64,000 nucleotides of DNA from Macrostomum lignano (lineage: Eukaryota). The notes under the pieces were generated by a model, which was given only the letters and a program-made list of their open reading frames with translations, was not told the DNA's origin and made no database searches. Shown piece after piece: positions 57,214 to 64,000 of the stretch. The stretch covers positions 41,577 to 105,576 of the forward strand of contig NIVC01001529.1 of NCBI GenBank assembly GCA_002269645.1, given 5' to 3'. The position numbers were made by a program, and so were the translations under genes. Each line of letters begins with the position of its first letter. Position 1 is the stretch's first letter.

Positions 57214-58746
57214 TATCAAATTATAATCGTTTTTAGCATGAAGATTTTTTGAGTAGTTAAACAAATTTAGAAAGAAATATTCGATGCTTGCCTACTTCAA
57301 TAAGTAGCTCGGTCAATACCAAATAAAGAACTAATAAAATATTCTCCTTATCTCGCATTTATATCTGATTGGCTATTTACCAATTTTATCGCGAATTCAG
57401 TGGTCCACTAATTATCGCCCGATTAATAGTTCATTGCATATATCATCAACTAACTGCGCCATCACATCTCTGGGATAGCTCAATTATAAACTAATTTTTT
57501 AAGTAACTATTGTAAGTTGGCTAATTGACTGATAAAACAATAGAGACTTGTATGCTGATTCAAAGTTTGTGTCTTTATACTACTTACTTAATCGTACTAG
57601 TAAAAGTAGCATAGAAACAACTTAAGTGACGGTGTAACGATATTAAAAAAAGCAAATATTTTTCCTTTATTGTCCTTTTCAACTATTAAACAATGACAGG
57701 GATTAAAAGATTAACGGTCAAGATTACTAGCTAGTGCAAATAAAGCAATAAAATAATTATTAAAATAAAGCCAAAACGGCTGGCCTGGATAATACGATGG
57801 AGCTGTGCTGCACGCGATTGGACACATACTACTGGCAGTAGGAGTTCAAAGGTTCACTGGATAAAGCCGATACACAACGACAACAAAATGCGTGTATTTC
57901 AATTATTACCAACAGCCGAGAGATACTTCTTAAAATGAATCAAAATGAATTTTAATAATACTACATTTATAGAAAATTATCCGGTTAACAAGTTTTTATT
58001 TTTAAAACGAAAACTTTTTTTAGTAAAAAAATAGGTTGACACAAAAATCTTAGTAAATTTCTGAGCAGATTGCAATATTCATGACTTTGATGACCATAGC
58101 ATCAATGAAATGTGCATAGCAAAGGGGAATGTTTAATTATATAGACGAAAGCATCGGATTTATATAACAGGTTTGTAAATTGTAAAAAACATGGCTTTTA
58201 TATAACAGTTTAATGGCATTAATTACATTGGTGTGCTGGCAGGTTGGGAGATAATAGATATAATTAGTTAATAAATACAAATATTCTACAATAATCAACA
58301 TTGAAACATCCGACATTTGATTCACAGGTTACAACACAAATTAATATATGATTTAAAAATCGCACTTTTTAAGTATATCCGAATGTTTAAACAAGGATAG
58401 AAGATTCTTAGAAAATCCGCTATACCAGATTCATGGAAACACACCAGAATTTCTAAGAACCATCTAACTGATTTCTAGAAGCTCCAATTGAGGAAACCCC
58501 GGAAACAACAAATTAATCTTAAAAGAACGATTCAAGTTTAAGAAACTAACCATGTCTTAGAGACAATCAAAGATATTAGAATAATTATTAGATACTTCAC
58601 TTTTGTAATAAAAAATCAATTGAGGTCTGAAAATTGCAGGAAAAATTAAAAACCACAAATCCACTGCGTGCATAGCGAGCAAGAGAGAAAAGGGGTCGCG
58701 CCCGAGCCCCCAGCCAGGTCGAAAAACAGCTTGGTTTTCCTCTGCC

Positions 58747-59048
58747 CTCCTTACTGCTCTCTCATTGGCTGAGCCAGATTGGGCCTGCGCCCCATACTGA
58801 GTTTCGTCCATGTGACTTTGACCTCTCTCCTTACTGCTCTCTCATTGGCTGAGCCAGATTGGGCCTGCGCCCCAGGAGTTTCGTCCATCTGACTTTGACC
58901 TCTCTCCTTACTGATCTCTCATTGGCTGAGCCAGATTGGGCCTGAGCCCCAGACTGAGTTTCGTCCATCTGACTTTGACCTCTCTCCTTACTGCTCTCTC
59001 ATTGGCTGAGCTAGATTGGGCCTGCCCCCCAGAATGAATTTCGTCCGT
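58747..59048. repeat. ~80-bp tandem repeat, 4 copies, between thiolase and TMBIM
   Basis: ctccttactg recurs at 58747, 58827, 58904 and 58984. Confidence 0.9.
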
Positions 59049-59633
59049 CTTGCGTTCACTTGCGTACAATTGAGTTAAATGCTTGTTGTTTATTCTTAAC
59101 CCCATATATACTCCTGAGGCCGCAAACCCCAAGAAAGGAACGGAAAGTTTAGCTGCCACATTAAATATAAGTTATAATGCGCAGACAAACTACTCAAAAA
59201 AGAGTAGACGGTCTTCTTTTTGAAAACTTTAATAATCAAGCTCATAGTCAAGATAATCAAGCAAGGCCATTCCTGTCTGCAAAAAGTTCAGTCCATTCCT
59301 AGGAACCCCCTGATTTTATGAAAAGAAACGACCAACAAGTTCTAATAAATTTTGAATCTTGATTAGTCGCTTTGTCGAAAACTCTCAAGCAATTTCTGGA
59401 AAAGATACCTGCCCTTTGGAAGGCAACTGAACCCTTGACCTCCGCTAGATGGCTCCACAGTTGCAGCTCAGCAAAGTTAAGCAATAAATCCTAATTCCAT
59501 AGGGCAGCTACCCACTCTGTCTCGAGGTGCCTGCTTTGAAAAGTCTTGAATTTCCCTTAGTAATAATTAGTTGTTTAGAGTAATAAATGAATTACTCAGT
59601 CTCAGTTCAGCCGCAAAGCTCCAACTCAATAGC

Positions 59634-61332
59634 TCAGCGGTCCCCACCCAGGCCGAGGATAATAAGGAAAATGAACACCACATCCATGTACAGCTGCAGA
59701 GCTCCGAAAACGTACTCCTCCTCGGACAGGTTGTATTTACGACCGCCGATAACTCTCTGCGTGTCGAAGATGAGAAACAGAGTGAGCAGCAGGGCCACCA
59801 GGCCGCCGTAGACGCAGTCCAGGATGCGCAGTTTAAGGTAGTCGCCCGGTTGGCCTCGGTAGGCAGCGAAGGTGATGCCGCAGGCCAGGCCAAACAGCAG
59901 CACGACAAGGCAGAGGCCGAACAGCAGCCCGGAGCACAGCGTGAAGTCGATGCGGGTCTGCACGGCGAACAGCGTCACGCCCACGCAGACCAGAACGGTG
60001 ACGCCCAGGCAGATTAGCACCTGCCAGGTGTGAATTGATTGCAGATCTTGATTGACTCATAGGTTCTGTTGCGTACTTTTGGGTCAAGTTTTGGTACCGG
60101 CTTTGGGTTCGGGTTCTGTGTTCGGGTTACGGTGCTCTGGTTGGGTTCAAGGTTCCATGTATTGTGTTCGAGTTGTGTTCTGGGTGTTCGGCTTAGGTTC
60201 TAGGTGTTCGGGTTGGGTTCCATGTATGGTGTTCGGGTTGGGTTCAATGTATGGTGTTCGGGTTGGGTTCAATGTATGGTGTTCAGGTTGGGTTCAATGT
60301 ATGGTGTTACGGTTGTGTTCCATGTATGGTGTTAGGGTTGGGTTCAATGTATGGTGTTACGGTTGTGTTCCATGTATGGTGTTAGGGTTGGGTTCAATGT
60401 ATGGTGTTACGGTTGTGTTCCATGTATGGTGTTAGGGTTGGGTTCAATGTATGGTGTTCGGGTTGGGTTCGTGTAGAATGTTTGGGTTGGGTTCCGTGTG
60501 TCCGGGTTGGGTTCTGTGTAGAATGTTTGGGTTGGGTTCCGGGTGATAAGGTTTGATTTAGAATTTGAAGCATGACTTTCGATTTGGGTACCTTCTGCGA
60601 CCTAAGAAATTAAGCAGGATTAGAAAGAAAAAAGTGAATACATGTAGGTTTTGATCGCGTACTTGTACAGTCGTCACTATTGCTAATTTCCTAAGGAAGA
60701 TTATAAAGAAAAATCATCCATCCTGAAAGCCAGGTATTTAGGTATCTATGAGCCACAGAATTTCAGCAATCCCCCCATAAGCCTTAAATCTTAGCAACCC
60801 CCCCCCCCGCGAGACTGAGCCACGATTCCAGTCCGAATTGCAACACGCACCGAATTGGTGCTGTACTGAGCGGCAATCACGGCAGCCACAAAGGTGAGAG
60901 CCACGGTGAACACAGTCAGAGCCACCATATTCCATGGATATTTGCGCCTAAGCGACATCATGCAGACCAGCATGATGTACACAACGATGAACACAGCGTA
61001 GGCAATGTAGGCAATCCACCTGTGGTCACGAGCAAATTGACGCAAAGCCGGCACCAGACTAACTAGCAGCACTATGCCAAAGGTGAAGGCTAACTGGGCG
61101 CTCAGGATCAGGTAGACTTTGCGGATGAAGCCTCGTCTAATAGATTTGTCATTGAAGCGAAGCCACGCCGTCCTGATGCTGCTCAGGCTGAGACTGCTGG
61201 CCAGTTGCTGGTGGCATGACAACAGCCACCTGATCACCCGTATGCATGGCCTGCTGCGTAGGAGGGCGGAGGCGCTGGATAAGGAGCAGAGTTTGCAGGC
61301 TGCTGCTGCTTTGGATCGGGATTGTAAGACAT
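59634..61332 (-). CDS. Protein lifeguard / TMBIM (Bax inhibitor-1 family); two frame disruptions in the N-terminal part
   Basis: Exons 61332-60851 and 60020-59634. FNDKSIRRGFIRKVYLILSAQL, RRKYPWN, DFT, FLIFDTQRVIGGRK...SEEEYVFGALQLYMDVVFIF (Asp pair of the LFG subfamily). The N-terminal MSYNPDPK...PPPSY needs frame changes near 61257 and 61160. Confidence 0.88.
60095..60545. repeat. ~25-bp degenerate repeat (gggttgggttcaatgtatggtgtt), TMBIM intron
   Basis: Directly visible. Confidence 0.9.
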
Positions 61333-62538
61333 TCTTGCTGATCTTTGATTAGCAAAGGAGCTTCAGCACATGCAAAAACAAGATAAAAAAGTGTCATGGG
61401 TAAGACAGCATGCCTAGTAAAAAACAGTAAAGCTATTATTGCAAATGCAGCATGAAAAACAGCCCTGTTGCCAACTTGGTCTAAAAATAGAAGTGGGTTA
61501 TCAGAGTGGCAGTTTTGCTGTGAAATCCTCCCTTCCAGTATGATACAAAATACTAACAATATATAAAATATTGATAGAGAATTCATTCCAGCATATATTG
61601 ACCCCAAATCCCTAGTTTAAACATGTATTCATTTTTTGGTATAAATGATATAATTGCCTATTAGAAAGTAGGCCCTTTTTGCAATCAGCCAATTGCTATA
61701 CCTTTAGATAGACCCTTTTTATTTATTACATTAATTTCAGAATCTTAAAAAAATTAGGTCGTCCCCAATCATAGTCTTGCCTAATTTAAAAATTTGATCC
61801 TATCTTATATAACCTTTCAGCTTCATATAAAATATGAAGCATTCATACTTCTATAATTTAGGATTCTAAGAATAATTAAACTTTTTTTATAGTCAAGATC
61901 ATGTCTTATATAAAAGAATATATTTTAAGTATAAAAACTATTTTAACACAATGAAACAATAGAAGTAAAAAAACAAAAAAAGCTAGATTTAAGTTAAAAA
62001 TTAAATATTCTTCTTAAAATTTAAATCAGATTCATTTGTATTCTAGTAAAAAATAAATAATGCCAATAGTAATGTTTTATTGTTAGGGCCTCTATATACA
62101 TTATATATATATTTATTTATATATAATATACCATTAGATCTATAGACAGAGATAGGTTTAGGCACTCATTATGCACATGATACTATGTAAATATTGCCAT
62201 GTTATCTGCCTAGTTAATTATTGTTATTTATAAAGTAAGCAGTGTTAGGCACCAATAATAAAAATCTTTAACTTCTATTAATGCCAAAAGCATTAGTATT
62301 AAAACAAAAAATCTTAATTTATTAACTCTTGATTTTGTTAAGTTAACAAAGTTAACTGGTAATTATAAATAAGCATTAATCCATATAAGTTAGGGGCCTA
62401 ACACAAAAAATATAGGAAGTATAATTATATATTTTAAAAAGCTAAACTAAATAGCAAATAATCAAATATATACTATATATTAGCTAGAGCAAATCTATAG
62501 ATATTTAAAAATTGTACACAACTAGGCTACCATACTGA

Positions 62539-62890
62539 GGGGCCTAGCCCAGCAGTAGCACAGCTGCTCTAGTGTGCCAACAACCCAGGCCAATTCACAT
62601 TAATTTGGAGCTGAATTGGAATCTCAGATTGGCTCTGCTTATGCAATTAATGGCCTTGAGAGCCAACCCCCAAGGCGCAGTGAAGTGTACATGCCTAACG
62701 ATAATATAAAGTTAGGGCCACTATAGACTCCTGTGTAAGTATGTGTCTGTGTACATATCCATGTGCTTGTATGCCTACTCAGGGAAGTCGGCGCTAAGTG
62801 GAATGGGCAATAATGCCTCTTGCCAGTTGTGTTCCTATGTCGCTTAAAGTGCGCCAGGGTACACAACCCCCCCCTGCCTCTAATAAAAAA
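62539..62890 (+). mobile_element. tRNA-derived SINE, copy 4 (full length, diverged, TSD)
   Basis: ggggcctagcccagc...acacaacccccccctgcctctaataaaaaa, with aggctaccatac on both flanks. Confidence 0.85.
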
Positions 62891-63699
62891 GGCTACCATA
62901 CAATTCATTGGCAAAGACTTTTGGATACTAGAAAACTTTGAAAATTGAAAATTCTATCTTTCTGTTTTTTATGCCTTGGGTATATAGTTAGCAGTCTCAG
63001 CCCTGAGCCTCAGCATGAAGATAATTACATAACATTTTAAGATTTTAATTGACTGCAAGAAACTACAAATTACCATAGATAAGGGTTTTCTAGTTCTTCT
63101 AGAAATCTAAAAGGCAGGCAGGCTAGCTAATAACAATTACAATTATTGTACAATAACCAGCTAGCTAGGCCTAGTTATCTGATAATAAAGTCTATCTAGA
63201 AAAGGCCTTTTCATATTGCTTGTTCTTGTTTTAGAACAGATCCAATTTGTAAAGTATAATTTATGTGTCTCCTAAAATAGATGGACGTGTGCTATGAATA
63301 CTAAAGTTGTAATTATTGAATGGCAACAGCCAAGAAGAAAGTGAAATTGTGCAAAGTGGGGCTATTAAGGCAGTAAAACATTCAACAAAGTTAAATAGGT
63401 TTACTGTTTTTTGGAAGATCCTAACCGCTTCTGATTCTGGCAATGTGAAAAGCCACCCAAGGTTGCGCCGCGCAGTGTTATAAATTTAATGTCGGAACTA
63501 CAAATACAATTTCAATTTCGCGCGATTGCTATTTCTGTAGAAGTTATCGAAAATTAAAAAATCCGGCAGCCGACAAAAAAAAGATAAAAAATTAAACCTA
63601 AGTTAAAAACTGCAGTCAAGGCGAGACATCCTTGACCTTAAGTCGAACAGTTCAAATAAATATAGCATATTAGTGCTGGATTTCAGTTTTAGAAACTTG

Positions 63700-63960
63700 T
63701 AAGTTGGAGACATATAATAGAGGTCGCGGATTCGATTTTCGACCCACTCGAACTAATTTGTGACCTGAGCTTGAGTAAGGCCCTTAACTCTGTATGCTTC
63801 AGCTTACCCAGCTGTAAAGTGGGTACCAGCAACAGCTGGAGTAATTGCATGAGGGTGTACAGTATGTGCATTCGTGCAGCGCCCCGCCCTCTAGCTATTG
63901 GAATGAACAGCGTACGCAGCTTTCAGTTGCGCCGTGCAATAGCTGCATGCGGCTGAACTG
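63700..63960 (+). mobile_element. CORE-SINE (MIR-like) copy
   Basis: B-box-like agaggtcgcggattcgatttt followed by ttgagtaaggcccttaactctgtatgcttcagcttacccagctgtaaagtggg (63771-63823), colinear with the CORE consensus as I recall it (ttgggcaagtcacttaacctctctgagcctcagtttcctcatctgtaaaatggg). Confidence 0.6.
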
Positions 63961-64000
63961 TTTGTTTGCAAATCTGCCCATTAGGGGAGGTTAAATTAAT

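Noticed and set aside
58760-59050. GGACGAAAC on the minus strand of the 80-bp repeat resembles a hammerhead ribozyme core
   Set aside because: The CUGANGA half-core and a complementary stem II (GTCC) are missing; the closest match is CCAATGAG.
60230-60545. ttagggtt words as telomeric repeat
   Set aside because: They are isolated words within a 25-bp intronic unit, not (TTAGGG)n.

Overview
Eukaryotic (metazoan) genomic DNA with spliced, GC3-rich exons and very repeat-rich introns; the style suggests a flatworm such as Macrostomum, which is inference only. Genes reconstructed by hand from splice sites and reading-frame phase: a Rac-like GTPase (exon 1 only), a GT32 glycosyltransferase, a tandem-SH2 adaptor, an intronless SSUH2 homolog, an unknown coiled-coil gene, an 8-exon ammonium transporter, an orphan terminal exon next to a 490-N gap, a divergent BIR-UBA-RING IAP, a divergent Med25, GOLGA7, an ACAT2-type thiolase and a Lifeguard/TMBIM gene. 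Mobile DNA: a very young full-length Ty3/Gypsy element (265-bp LTRs differing at 1 position, GGTA TSD), a 5'-truncated RNase H non-LTR element, four copies of a tRNA-headed SINE (one carrying a nested insertion), a CORE-SINE-like copy, a palindromic MITE-like element and a dispersed ~280-bp repeat. Most notable: (i) almost every long intron holds its own unrelated tandem array, some built from or abutting splice signals; (ii) the Gypsy element sits in an AAG|GTAAGT donor-consensus site and leaves a donor-like sequence at both junctions; (iii) repeated small frameshifts, many at short homopolymers, suggest consensus errors or a decaying duplicate copy.
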